A DNA stretch of 42,872 nucleotides from positions 1-42,872 of the IMG/VR virus record IMGVR_UViG_3300045988_175311; one strand, written 5' to 3'. The position numbers were made by a program, and so were the translations under genes. Origin of the DNA: a virus. This document shows, piece by piece, positions 17,792-26,278 of the stretch (position 1 is the stretch's first letter; each line of letters opens with the position of its first letter). The notes under the pieces were generated by a model. That model was not told where the DNA came from, made no database searches, and saw nothing but the letters and a program-made list of their open reading frames with translations.

Positions 17792-17805
17792 TCTTTCATC
17801 TCCAA

Positions 17806-18219
17806 TCAGAACGGTAACGAATCATCACTGATATCAATCGGATCACCTGAATTAGCAAACGGGTCGTTGCTTCGTTGGCTTGATTGATTGTTTGCCCGCT
17901 GTTGCTTTGGCCGTTGTGGTAAATCAAAGTCATTCACATTCAACTCCACTGCGAATTGCGGTTCACCCTGCTGGTTCGTCCACTGGTTAACTGACCATTG
18001 ACCAGAAACCGCCACGTTGTCACCTTTGTGAAAATACTTCATGATCGTATCAGCACGCTTGCCAAAGACTGAGCACCGCACCCAATCAACGCCATAATCG
18101 CCATTACGATCCGGCCGGTTCTGTCTCACTGCCACCGTGAAGTCAGCGACTTGACTACTACCAACCTGCCTCGTGGTTGGATCCTTACCGATGTTGCCTG
18201 AAATTGTCATTGTTCGCAT
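17806..18219 (-). CDS. ssb: Single-stranded DNA-binding protein
   Basis: OB-fold-like N-terminus, a Gln/Asn-rich linker, and the acidic tip DISDDSLPF. Confidence 0.85.
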   Translation of the reverse strand: MRTMTISGNIGKDPTTRQVGSSQVADFTVAVRQNRPDRNGDYGVDWVRCSVFGKRADTIMKYFHKGDNVAVSGQWSVNQWTNQQGEPQFAVELNVNDFDLPQRPKQQRANNQSSQRSNDPFANSGDPIDISDDSLPF

Positions 18220-18232
18220 TTCAATTACCCCT

Positions 18233-18628
18233 TTACTCGACTAATTCGAGCGCCTCATTTTTCTGCTGATTGACAGCCATGTCTCCTAATCGATAAATTA
18301 ACAGTAACTTTTTCAAATCCTCTAAATCATTGACGAAATCCACATCGCCATATTTGTCATTCAATTCGTGGAGATAATGCGTCTTGTCTTCAAGCAATCG
18401 CCAATGCTGTTTTTTCTCCATGTCAGCAACTTCAATGGCCTCACAAATGTATTTTGCCCGGCTGTTCTCGCAAGCCTCTAACTGGCTCTTATCCTGCAAA
18501 TTCTTTACTCGGGTTGTGTACCGGACAGCCTGCTTTAGGAGAATGGCGACCGCTTTGGTGACGTGTAAATCCTCTTTCTCAAACAATTCTTTTAATTCGT
18601 CTTTACTCATGTATTGGTTCGACATCAT
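18233..18628 (-). CDS. Hypothetical protein
   Basis: 131-aa ORF overlapping the end of the helicase gene; no motif recognised. Confidence 0.5.
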   Translation of the reverse strand: MMSNQYMSKDELKELFEKEDLHVTKAVAILLKQAVRYTTRVKNLQDKSQLEACENSRAKYICEAIEVADMEKKQHWRLLEDKTHYLHELNDKYGDVDFVNDLEDLKKLLLIYRLGDMAVNQQKNEALELVE

Positions 18629-19883
18629 GACTCACCTCAACAATTTTTTGAATATTCTTTTGGAAGTAGAATTCCAGCTTACCTAATTCACCATCACGGT
18701 TTTTCTTGATGGATAAATTAAGATTTTTGTCAGTTGGATCCTCACTTGGTCGCCATAAGAAACCAACGATGTTGGCGTCCTGTTCAATGGCACCGGTTTC
18801 CCGCAAGTCACGGAGCTGTGGTTCATTACTCTCACGAGATTCAACGCCCCGGTTCAATTGGCTTAAAGCGATGATGGAAATCTTTAAATTCTGTGTCAGC
18901 AATTTCAACCGCCGTGACACTTCTTCAAGCGATTGACGGGCATCTTGCTTTGAGTTGCCGGTCTCCACCAACCCAATGTGGTCAACAATTGCCAAATAAT
19001 GACCGGATCCAAACCGTTGGGCGTGTTGTTTGATTACTGAGCTTATTTCATCAATTGATACAAGCCGATCGTTTGACCAGAACCGAATATCACCAATTTG
19101 CTTGATTGTTTCGGCGGCGGCTTGCTTTTGTGAAGCTGACATTCTAACGGCTGGGTTTTTCCAGTAATTTAGGGCAATACCCGAATTGGCAGCATAGATC
19201 CGGTGCATGTTTTGCTTGGAACTCATTTCGAGTGAAAATAATTCCACTGTCAAATTAGAGTCGTACATAATCGCATTCATGCCGATGTTTAACGCAAAGG
19301 CCGTTTTTCCAACTGATGGTCGGGCACCGATGACCATCAACTGGTTAGGTGCCAACCCACCGCCAAGCAACTTGTCCAGACCCGCATAGGTTTTGATAAA
19401 GCCAGTCGTTGGTGTATTAAGTTCTTCAAGAGCATCATTGACCAGCTCGCTGTTATCATGATCGGTTTGGGTATCCGTCCGCATCGCTTCATCCCGCAAC
19501 ATATCCAAATGGTCAAGGTTAAAATCACTTGGATCTTTGGAGGCATTCAAGGCCGCCTCTTTAATCATGCGTGTGTAATAATAACTGCGAAGCTCTTTAA
19601 AAGTTGCCTTTGGATCCAATGGCCGGTCAACTCCCTGAATTGAATTGATAATCTTTTGAACATCCAGCCGTTTGCCAAACGGTGTGTCGCTAAAAGCCGC
19701 AGCAATTTGTTCGGCATTTTTATAGCGGGTCCCCCAAAGGTTGATAAAGCTGGCTAGAATCCGATAAGAATTATTGGTAAACCAATTCTCATCAACGGTA
19801 TTGGATTCCAGAACTTGGGGTTGGTTGATTAGAAACCACATTGCTTTTCGTTCGATTTGTGGAAAATTCGTGTTAGTTGGCAT
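18603..19883 (-). CDS. DnaB-type replicative helicase
   Basis: Walker A motif GARPSVGKTAFALN. The ATG at 19883 follows GAGGTG. Confidence 0.85.
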   Translation of the reverse strand: MPTNTNFPQIERKAMWFLINQPQVLESNTVDENWFTNNSYRILASFINLWGTRYKNAEQIAAAFSDTPFGKRLDVQKIINSIQGVDRPLDPKATFKELRSYYYTRMIKEAALNASKDPSDFNLDHLDMLRDEAMRTDTQTDHDNSELVNDALEELNTPTTGFIKTYAGLDKLLGGGLAPNQLMVIGARPSVGKTAFALNIGMNAIMYDSNLTVELFSLEMSSKQNMHRIYAANSGIALNYWKNPAVRMSASQKQAAAETIKQIGDIRFWSNDRLVSIDEISSVIKQHAQRFGSGHYLAIVDHIGLVETGNSKQDARQSLEEVSRRLKLLTQNLKISIIALSQLNRGVESRESNEPQLRDLRETGAIEQDANIVGFLWRPSEDPTDKNLNLSIKKNRDGELGKLEFYFQKNIQKIVEVSHDVEPIHE

Positions 19884-20745
19884 TTTCAACACCTCGTTTC
19901 GATAAATATTTTTCTGGATGGAATATCCGATCGGCTTTTTCCCAGGTAATATCCGGATACGTTTCTTGAATCACTGGTAACGCCTTTTCGATGCTGCCAA
20001 ATTCGGAACATTTGTTATAAATCAAGTCTTCCCGTTTCTGAATGGCAATGACTCTGTCCAATTCAGACTGTTTGGAGGACTGAGGTTTAGGGGTCTGGTA
20101 ATCATCATCCCAGGCTTGATTATTAAACCAAGTTGATCCGTATTTGATGTATTGTTCATCCGTTTTGAGATGTTTAATCTCACTCAGATATTTCACGATG
20201 CCATCTTGAATTTCCTTGTTAGTAACTCCATTTTTCAAAGCTCGCTTATAAGCTAAAAATGCTTTTGCTTTGCCCTTTTTCTTTGGATAAAGTTTCCAAA
20301 GTTTATCAAAATTATCTTTGACCTCTGAACCACTTGGCTTTGGCAAAAGTGCATTATCTTTTGTATTACTATAACTTGTATTACTACCTTCACAATTTTC
20401 TAAATACCCCTGTTTAATAAATTTACTAGGGGTGGTTAATTTATTAACTACCCACAAATGGCGTTTAGTTATTTGTTTTGTTTCTGCACGATCATAAGTT
20501 GCAGTTACAAAACCTTTTTTGATTAATCCAGTAATAATCTGTGAGCTCCGACTTCTACTTACACCAAAGAACTCTGCAAAGTGGTTGTTGCTGGCAAAGC
20601 ATCCCTGCTCGTCTTGTTCTAAACTGTCTATCTCGGCTAGAAACAACATTTCCATGACTGATAATTTAGGATTAAGCCATAAGTCCCTCGGAATCCAGAT
20701 TCCTTTAAAGCCTCGATTTTCGCTTTTGATAATGCGCTCACCCAT
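19873..20745 (-). CDS. Replication initiator / replisome organiser (winged-HTH N-terminus)
   Basis: The N-terminal segment GIWIPRDLW...FASNNHFAEFFGVSRSRSSQIITGLIKKGFV is typical of phage replication proteins. It lies upstream of the helicase. Confidence 0.6.
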   Translation of the reverse strand: MGERIIKSENRGFKGIWIPRDLWLNPKLSVMEMLFLAEIDSLEQDEQGCFASNNHFAEFFGVSRSRSSQIITGLIKKGFVTATYDRAETKQITKRHLWVVNKLTTPSKFIKQGYLENCEGSNTSYSNTKDNALLPKPSGSEVKDNFDKLWKLYPKKKGKAKAFLAYKRALKNGVTNKEIQDGIVKYLSEIKHLKTDEQYIKYGSTWFNNQAWDDDYQTPKPQSSKQSELDRVIAIQKREDLIYNKCSEFGSIEKALPVIQETYPDITWEKADRIFHPEKYLSKRGVENAN

Positions 20746-20757
20746 GGTTTACACTTC

Positions 20758-21477
20758 CTAAACTTTCAGACTGTCCCACAGTTCATCGGTTGACTCATCA
20801 GTAGACTTGTTGGAGTCCTTTTTCTCATTCTTTTGTCGAAATTCCATCAGCTCGGTGGTCAACTCATGATCCATGGCATTCAAATCATCTTTAGTCATTT
20901 CTTTCCAGCTGGTAACTTTGGCATTTTTCATCGAAGCCACCGTTAATGGTTTAGGTTCCATTGCCATCTCTTTGCTGAGGGCGGCTATCTTGTCCTTTAA
21001 CGTGTCTTTGTCTTCTTGGGAGGCCATTGGCTTACTAGACTTCTTTGGAGCGTCACGGCGCTTATGTGGCGCTTCTTTGGGTGCTGATTTGGTGGCTGAA
21101 TTGCCATCATCATCAACATCACTGGTAACCCCAAACACAGCCGACAAAGTATAACGGCGAGCATAGGTTTCAGCCGAGCCAAACGCCTGCGCATCATTCT
21201 TGGTGACTGGGACATTCAGTGGATCAAACTGAATATATTGACCGGACTCGTGGAGCAAGATGGTCGACACCGAGATTTGATTGCCATCACTGGTAACTTC
21301 TTGCGTGTAGGTGAACCCTTTCGGCAAGGCCTTGTCAATGGCATCAACGACGCCTTCCAGCATTACATACTTGGATTTAAAAAATGGGTTGTTGGCACTC
21401 TTCTCGGGTTGTTTGATGTTCTTACGAACTTCGTTTAATCCTTTTGCAATTTCTGAAATACTTTCACTGGTTTTCAT
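20758..21477 (-). CDS. ERF-family single-strand annealing protein
   Basis: FKSKYVMLEGVV...AQAFGSAETYARRYTLSAVFG, followed by an acidic/basic C-terminal tail. Confidence 0.7.
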   Translation of the reverse strand: MKTSESISEIAKGLNEVRKNIKQPEKSANNPFFKSKYVMLEGVVDAIDKALPKGFTYTQEVTSDGNQISVSTILLHESGQYIQFDPLNVPVTKNDAQAFGSAETYARRYTLSAVFGVTSDVDDDGNSATKSAPKEAPHKRRDAPKKSSKPMASQEDKDTLKDKIAALSKEMAMEPKPLTVASMKNAKVTSWKEMTKDDLNAMDHELTTELMEFRQKNEKKDSNKSTDESTDELWDSLKV

Positions 21478-21965
21478 TTGATAACCGCCTTTCTGTTGGG
21501 TGCCAACATGGCTCCAGGGACTTCCTCGCCATTCTTCAACTTTTCGTAAATAGCTTTCTTATCAATCTTTTGTGTTTCGACAATTTCAACAAAATCTACT
21601 GGAATTTTGAGCTCGTCTTCAATCACCGTCGAAGCCCGATAATTCCGGGTGGTAACAATGTGATTGTCAGTCTTAATTTTTTTCATGTTGGCTTGATCTA
21701 ATGAATCAACAATGTACTGGTTGAGTGATTTGTTTTTGCTCTCCAATGATTTCTTGGCCTGCTGAAGCAACTTAATCTTCTTGGTGTAGAAGTCGATGTC
21801 AGCGTCGTTGGAATCCATCCAGCTGGCGATGTTGTCAATCTTATCGGCCATCGAGTCGTTAATGGCATCCAAAGTATCTTTGATGGCCGCTGGATCCAAG
21901 TCATCCCTGCTCTGTAACTCTCTAAATGTATCAGCCAGGCTGTATAAGCTATTTAGATTTTGCAT
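21474..21965 (-). CDS. Gp157-like protein (recombination-module partner)
   Basis: Coiled-coil protein directly upstream of the ERF gene, with ATGA start/stop coupling. The ATG at 21965 follows GGAGG. Confidence 0.5.
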   Translation of the reverse strand: MQNLNSLYSLADTFRELQSRDDLDPAAIKDTLDAINDSMADKIDNIASWMDSNDADIDFYTKKIKLLQQAKKSLESKNKSLNQYIVDSLDQANMKKIKTDNHIVTTRNYRASTVIEDELKIPVDFVEIVETQKIDKKAIYEKLKNGEEVPGAMLAPNRKAVIK

Positions 21966-22098
21966 GATTTTTTGCCTCCAAAATTTCATTTTCCCGATTT
22001 AACAATTTTTTAACTGATTTGAAGTCTTGATGTTTAATTGCGATTCGCTTAACTCGGTTCACAGCTTGAATTTGAGTACTGTCATAGTCTTCAGTCAT
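21949..22098 (-). CDS. Small hypothetical protein (49 aa, hand-called)
   Basis: The ATG at 22098 lies 9 nt after GGAG and overlaps the upstream stop. Sequence begins MTEDYDSTQIQAVNRVKRIAIKHQDF... Confidence 0.35.
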   Translation of the reverse strand: MTEDYDSTQIQAVNRVKRIAIKHQDFKSVKKLLNRENEILEAKNHAKSK

Positions 22099-22237
22099 TA
22101 AAACCATCTCCTAAGTCCATCTCATCTTCATATTGGTCTTCGTAAGCGGCATAGTTGGCTTCATCCAATTCTTCTTGGGTCGGTTTCGGATCTTCGTATT
22201 CATCAGCCATATTTTCGTAATACTCATCCTCATTCAT
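22091..22237 (-). CDS. Small, extremely acidic protein (48 aa, hand-called)
   Basis: The ATG at 22237 lies 9 nt after GGAGG. Sequence: MNEDEYYENMADEYEDPKPTQEELDEANYAAYEDQYEDEMDLGDGFND, with 20 Asp/Glu and 1 Lys. Confidence 0.4.
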   Translation of the reverse strand: MNEDEYYENMADEYEDPKPTQEELDEANYAAYEDQYEDEMDLGDGFND

Positions 22238-22385
22238 GGTTAATTGCCTCCTTCACACGTTGCCATATTCCCTTGCGGGGGTTAGAATAGACGTATAAAT
22301 GAATTTGATTTGCACCTAATCGTGTATTTGAAGCGTTTTGCAATGTCCGTTGCGGAGCGCTTTTTTTGTTGCCTGAATTTTCCAT
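22230..22385 (-). CDS. Small basic hypothetical protein (51 aa, hand-called)
   Basis: The ATG at 22385 follows AAGGA. Sequence begins MENSGNKKSAPQRTLQNASNTRLG... Confidence 0.35.
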   Translation of the reverse strand: MENSGNKKSAPQRTLQNASNTRLGANQIHLYVYSNPRKGIWQRVKEAINHE

Positions 22386-22390
22386 TTCAA

Positions 22391-22576
22391 TCATCCTTTC
22401 CTTATTTCGTTGATATCTGCTTTGACATGTTTAAAATACTTTTTAATGCCATTTTTGATATCTTCTTTTGAGATACCACCGTCAAAATACTTCTTGGGAT
22501 TGCTGAACAAAATCGTCGCAATCACTAAGAAAATTGAATAGAAAGCAATGCCACTCAATGTAAAAGTAATCACCAT
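22391..22576 (-). CDS. Small single-pass membrane protein
   Basis: The ATG at 22576 follows GAGGAGG. Hydrophobic core: ITFTLSGIAFYSIFLVIATILF. Confidence 0.4.
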   Translation of the reverse strand: MVITFTLSGIAFYSIFLVIATILFSNPKKYFDGGISKEDIKNGIKKYFKHVKADINEIRKG

Positions 22577-22589
22577 ACATAACCTCCTC

Positions 22590-22796
22590 TTAGAATCCGT
22601 AGACCGTGTGATTATGGATCCATTTCTCAACTTCTGGTGCTGGATACAATGGCCGTTTCTTACCAGGAATAATCAACTTTGGAAAGTCATTCTCGTAGAA
22701 AACTGGATTAACGGTGTTATATCCACATCCCGGAAAATATCGCTTGATGACTTGCATCTTGGTAAGCAACTCAATGGCGGTACTGGTTTCATTCAT
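22590..22796 (-). CDS. Small DNA-binding protein, excisionase-like (putative)
   Basis: 68 aa, RBS GGAGGTG. The pattern LLTKMQVIKRYF...PEVEKWI resembles MerR/Xis-type HTH proteins. Confidence 0.4.
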   Translation of the reverse strand: MNETSTAIELLTKMQVIKRYFPGCGYNTVNPVFYENDFPKLIIPGKKRPLYPAPEVEKWIHNHTVYGF

Positions 22797-23340
22797 ATTT
22801 CACACCTCCAAACTCTTGATTAAATTGCTTGCCCCAATCGACCATGTCGTAGTCAGCAACTTCACTGAATTGCTTCGCCATCAACGTGGATAAGCTGATC
22901 GTCTTGAGTAAGTCGATCATCCAGTCATGAGCTAAATGTTTCTGTTTCGCCGTCCATTTGTGATGGTCATTAACGGCAAATGCAAAGACATCTTCACCCA
23001 TTGCAATCCGCTTTTTCTCAATTTCGCGCAACTGGAACCAAGTGGCATACGGTGCATTCTGAAATTGTTTCGCCCATTTACTTGGATCGAACATTGAAAT
23101 GGCTTCAAAGTAGATGGCCGCCATCTGCTGGTTGAACTTTGGATCATGCAGATACGTGGCATACTCAACGGCTTTGGCTGGCGTGGTATCAATGCCGTGC
23201 GAATGATTTGAAATATTTTGCTTGGACGTTTTCAAATCCTCTGCCATCTCATTGACGCCAACTTGGTTGTCCTTAATTGCCTGCCACAAGGGTTTGCTGA
23301 TATTTCTTGTTGTCTTAATCTGATACGTCTTCGTCAACAT
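22789..23340 (-). CDS. Early regulatory protein with an HTH-like segment, function unknown
   Basis: The ATG at 23340 follows AGAGG. HTH-like segment: VNEMAEDLKTSKQNISNHSHG. It is the second gene of the early lytic transcript. Confidence 0.45.
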   Translation of the reverse strand: MLTKTYQIKTTRNISKPLWQAIKDNQVGVNEMAEDLKTSKQNISNHSHGIDTTPAKAVEYATYLHDPKFNQQMAAIYFEAISMFDPSKWAKQFQNAPYATWFQLREIEKKRIAMGEDVFAFAVNDHHKWTAKQKHLAHDWMIDLLKTISLSTLMAKQFSEVADYDMVDWGKQFNQEFGGVKYE

Positions 23341-23407
23341 GTAATCGCCTCTTTTACAAAACTGAAAATGTACAACCACGATTGATGTACCTTGAACTTA
23401 GAGGTTA

Positions 23408-23707
23408 TTAACTACTCGCTTCTTTATCTTTCTCTTGGATGTGTAATTCGTTGTTTACATTTTGGACAGGAAAAAGATATTCACTAGTGGTATTTAACGC
23501 TTCCGCTAATCTGTTACTAAGATAGGCAGACGGGACTTGCTTACCACGCTCCAAATTGCTGATATATGGGCGGGTTAAGCCAATCCGTTTAGCAAGTTCT
23601 TCTTGCGATATATCAACAGCTAAGCGTGCTTTTCGGATGTTGTTGTTAGCTTCTTTGATCTTCAATGTTTTCATCTCCTTCTCATCTACAAATACATTGT
23701 ACAACAT
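23408..23707 (-). CDS. Cro-like XRE-family HTH regulator (exact start uncertain)
   Basis: ISQEELAKRIGLTRPYISNLERGKQVP. The gene is divergent from the repressor. Confidence 0.7.
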   Translation of the reverse strand: MLYNVFVDEKEMKTLKIKEANNNIRKARLAVDISQEELAKRIGLTRPYISNLERGKQVPSAYLSNRLAEALNTTSEYLFPVQNVNNELHIQEKDKEASS

Positions 23708-23722
23708 GAATTACTTGATGTA
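23694..23722 (-). promoter_or_regulatory. Early lytic promoter candidate
   Basis: Minus strand has TTTACA (23722-23717), a 17-nt spacer, and TACAAT (23699-23694), upstream of the Cro-like gene. Confidence 0.5.
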
Positions 23723-23792
23723 AACATTAAAATACACTTTTTTTATATATTTTTTGTATACAATGAATTACAATAATTTTGGAGGTGCTTCA

Positions 23793-24512
23793 ATGGATAA
23801 AAATAAGAATCAATTGGGGAACTATCTTAAAAGTTTGCGTGGAAACTTATCCTATCGAGAGGTTGCCAAACGTACTGGAGATCGGATTAGCCACAGTGCA
23901 GTCGCACAAGCAGAAAAAGGAATTAACACACGTGGGAAGCCTTACGTTCCGTCACCAGAAACTCTTAAAGAATTAGCTGGCGTCTATCATGTCAGCTTTG
24001 ACGATTTAATGATGCGAGCAGGCTATCTAATTAATCCTACAAACGTTAGGACTCATCCAACATCGGATGGCGCCAAGGTTACAGCAGACGTTGGGTTTGA
24101 ATTAGCCAAGCAAAGCATCCCTGTTTACGGCACGATTCACGCTGGCGAGCCAACATTTGCCGATCAATATATCATTGGAGAAACGCCAATTACTGATAAG
24201 ATCATTGATGACTATGGCAAGGACAATTTGTTTGCACTTCAGGTTAAAGGCGACAGTATGAGTCGAGCTGTCCTGCCAGGCTATGTTGCCGTGTTTTCAA
24301 AAGACGCTAACATTGAGAATGGTGATATTGTTGCCGTGTTAATTGATGGTGATGAGGCAGCCATTAAGCGTTTCAGGAAAACATCACGTGCGGTCATGTT
24401 TGAACCGGATTCTTTTAACCCGATTTATCAACCAATTATTTTTGCCAGAGATCAGGATCAAGATTACAGGATTTTGGGAAAATTCATTTATGCAACATCA
24501 ATGCCAATTTAG
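23793..24512 (+). CDS. CI-like repressor (XRE HTH plus S24/LexA-type autopeptidase domain)
   Basis: The ATG at 23793 follows GGAGGTG. HTH segment: LSYREVAKRTGDRISHSAVAQAEKG. The C-terminal half contains LQVKGDSMSRAV...AIKRF. Confidence 0.85.
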   Translation: MDKNKNQLGNYLKSLRGNLSYREVAKRTGDRISHSAVAQAEKGINTRGKPYVPSPETLKELAGVYHVSFDDLMMRAGYLINPTNVRTHPTSDGAKVTADVGFELAKQSIPVYGTIHAGEPTFADQYIIGETPITDKIIDDYGKDNLFALQVKGDSMSRAVLPGYVAVFSKDANIENGDIVAVLIDGDEAAIKRFRKTSRAVMFEPDSFNPIYQPIIFARDQDQDYRILGKFIYATSMPI

Positions 24513-24524
24513 GAAGTAATTATT

Positions 24525-25628
24525 ATGAACAAGATTCTGAATCATCTAATCAAAGCTATCGCTGATTTTATAAGGTTTACTGTTTCAATTTTGCTACTCA
24601 TCTTTTTTGAAATAAGTATTGGAGCGCTATTTAATACTGACGGTGAAATTGGAACATTTATCGGTATATTAATCATTTCTGTAGGATCTATTGTGGCTGC
24701 ATACTATGTATTGCCACCCAAGGCGCGCTTTCTAAAACGACTGATTCCGCATGTTTTAAAGCCAACCAAATTTAAATATGGTAAAGATGTCTTGTATAGC
24801 TTTCCTTCAAATAAGGGTAATTTACCTCAGCTCAAGCTAATCAATCTGAACTCACAAATTTCTGAAGCTCAAAATGATTTGCGGAGCCTGAACTTTCAAG
24901 AAGAAAATTTAGAACAACAAATTGATTTTGATAAACAAGATCATTTGACTTGGACTAATAAAGTTAAGAATTTGCAGTCCGAATATAACGTTTTGCAGTC
25001 AAAATATGATGATATAAAAGCCACTCTTTCGAATAACAAACAGGAAGTCAAATTTGGTGGCAAACTAATGACTGTTCAGGAAGCAATGAAACAACGGGAT
25101 CAAATAATTCGGGACTTTGACGACATTAAATCCAGAAAACAGCAAATTGAATCTTTTTATTCAGGAAAAACATTTCAGGGCTATCTGAAATATCGTGTAA
25201 CTTTAGAGCTGAATAAAATTGACGATCTAACTGGATTAGAATTTGAAAGCTATATTACCAATTTGTTGAAAAAACTTGGATTTAAAGATGCAAAGTCCAC
25301 TGTTGCTACAGGTGATAATGGAATTGATGTCTTAGCTCATAATGGTGACACCTATTATGGAATTCAGTGTAAATTGTATTCTAATCCAGTGGGTAATCAG
25401 GCGGTACAACAGGCTTATGCCGGTGGATCATATTACAAAACTGACAAGAATATAGTTGTTTCTAATAATTATTTCACTCCCAGTGCATTGCAAGCTGCAG
25501 ACACTATGGATGTTGACCTATGGGATAGAGATAAATTAGCTGAACTTATCCTTGATACATTCAAGGCGTTTCAAGAAATTCCCGTTTCTAGTCAACCACA
25601 ACATATTGAATCAAAAGAGATGGTTTAA
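24525..25628 (+). CDS. Membrane-anchored coiled-coil protein with a C-terminal Mrr-type restriction-endonuclease domain
   Basis: Two N-terminal hydrophobic helices and a Q/N/K-rich heptad region. The C-terminus reads LEFESYITNLLKKLGF...GDNGIDVLAH...GIQCKLY...VVSNNYFT. Confidence 0.7.
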   Translation: MNKILNHLIKAIADFIRFTVSILLLIFFEISIGALFNTDGEIGTFIGILIISVGSIVAAYYVLPPKARFLKRLIPHVLKPTKFKYGKDVLYSFPSNKGNLPQLKLINLNSQISEAQNDLRSLNFQEENLEQQIDFDKQDHLTWTNKVKNLQSEYNVLQSKYDDIKATLSNNKQEVKFGGKLMTVQEAMKQRDQIIRDFDDIKSRKQQIESFYSGKTFQGYLKYRVTLELNKIDDLTGLEFESYITNLLKKLGFKDAKSTVATGDNGIDVLAHNGDTYYGIQCKLYSNPVGNQAVQQAYAGGSYYKTDKNIVVSNNYFTPSALQAADTMDVDLWDRDKLAELILDTFKAFQEIPVSSQPQHIESKEMV

Positions 25629-25886
25629 ATGGCAATTGTCTTGTTATTAATTTTGGGAATAGCATGTATTTGGATGTTCTTCACTCGTTGGGTATGGTGG
25701 ATTTTAGGGATTATGATTTTGATTAACATATTTACTTGGTGGGATAAGTTAATTGACTTTTTGTTTGGTAATCTCGTGACGGGTTTAGGAATTGTGTTCT
25801 TTCTCATTCTGGTCATTATCAACGAAATTCCCGCTTGCTTTCATCACCCCACCTACTTGCAAAGATTTAGAGCACGCAATAATTAG
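25629..25886 (+). CDS. Small multi-pass membrane protein
   Basis: The ATG directly abuts the upstream TAA. There are three Trp-rich hydrophobic segments. Confidence 0.5.
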   Translation: MAIVLLLILGIACIWMFFTRWVWWILGIMILINIFTWWDKLIDFLFGNLVTGLGIVFFLILVIINEIPACFHHPTYLQRFRARNN

Positions 25887-25897
25887 GAGGCAGCATT

Positions 25898-26209
25898 ATG
25901 GCGCTATTTGAAACTAAGGAACAAAAAGAAGAAAAGCTCCAGCAAAAGGTTGACGCATTTTTAACCGATCATGGACTAAATGATCTTAACCCAGAGGACA
26001 ATCAATTGGTTAAAAATGCCATGAGTCAAAACGGAGTGATGGATGCGTTAGTTTATGGGTTTGGTGCCAGAATGCACGGCTCGGACGCTGAAAACATGAT
26101 GATTAATAATCTGCAAACCATTGTGGAGCAAAATTGGCTTTTGATTAAGCAAAACGATACTTTGCAAAAACAAAATGCTGAAATCATCAACAATTTAAAA
26201 AATAAATAA
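25898..26209 (+). CDS. Hypothetical soluble protein (103 aa)
   Basis: RBS AGGAGG. It is the last gene of the repressor-side cargo block. Confidence 0.5.
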   Translation: MALFETKEQKEEKLQQKVDAFLTDHGLNDLNPEDNQLVKNAMSQNGVMDALVYGFGARMHGSDAENMMINNLQTIVEQNWLLIKQNDTLQKQNAEIINNLKNK

Positions 26210-26213
26210 CCTT

Positions 26214-26236
26214 GGCCCTTTCGGGGGCTTTTGTTT
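26214..26236 (+). terminator. Weak terminator-like hairpin
   Basis: GCCC-TTTCGG-GGGC followed by TTTTGTTT; the stem is only 4-5 bp. Confidence 0.3.
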
Positions 26237-26278
26237 AACTCACATAACGAACATATGTGCGAAAGGAGATGAGAGTCT

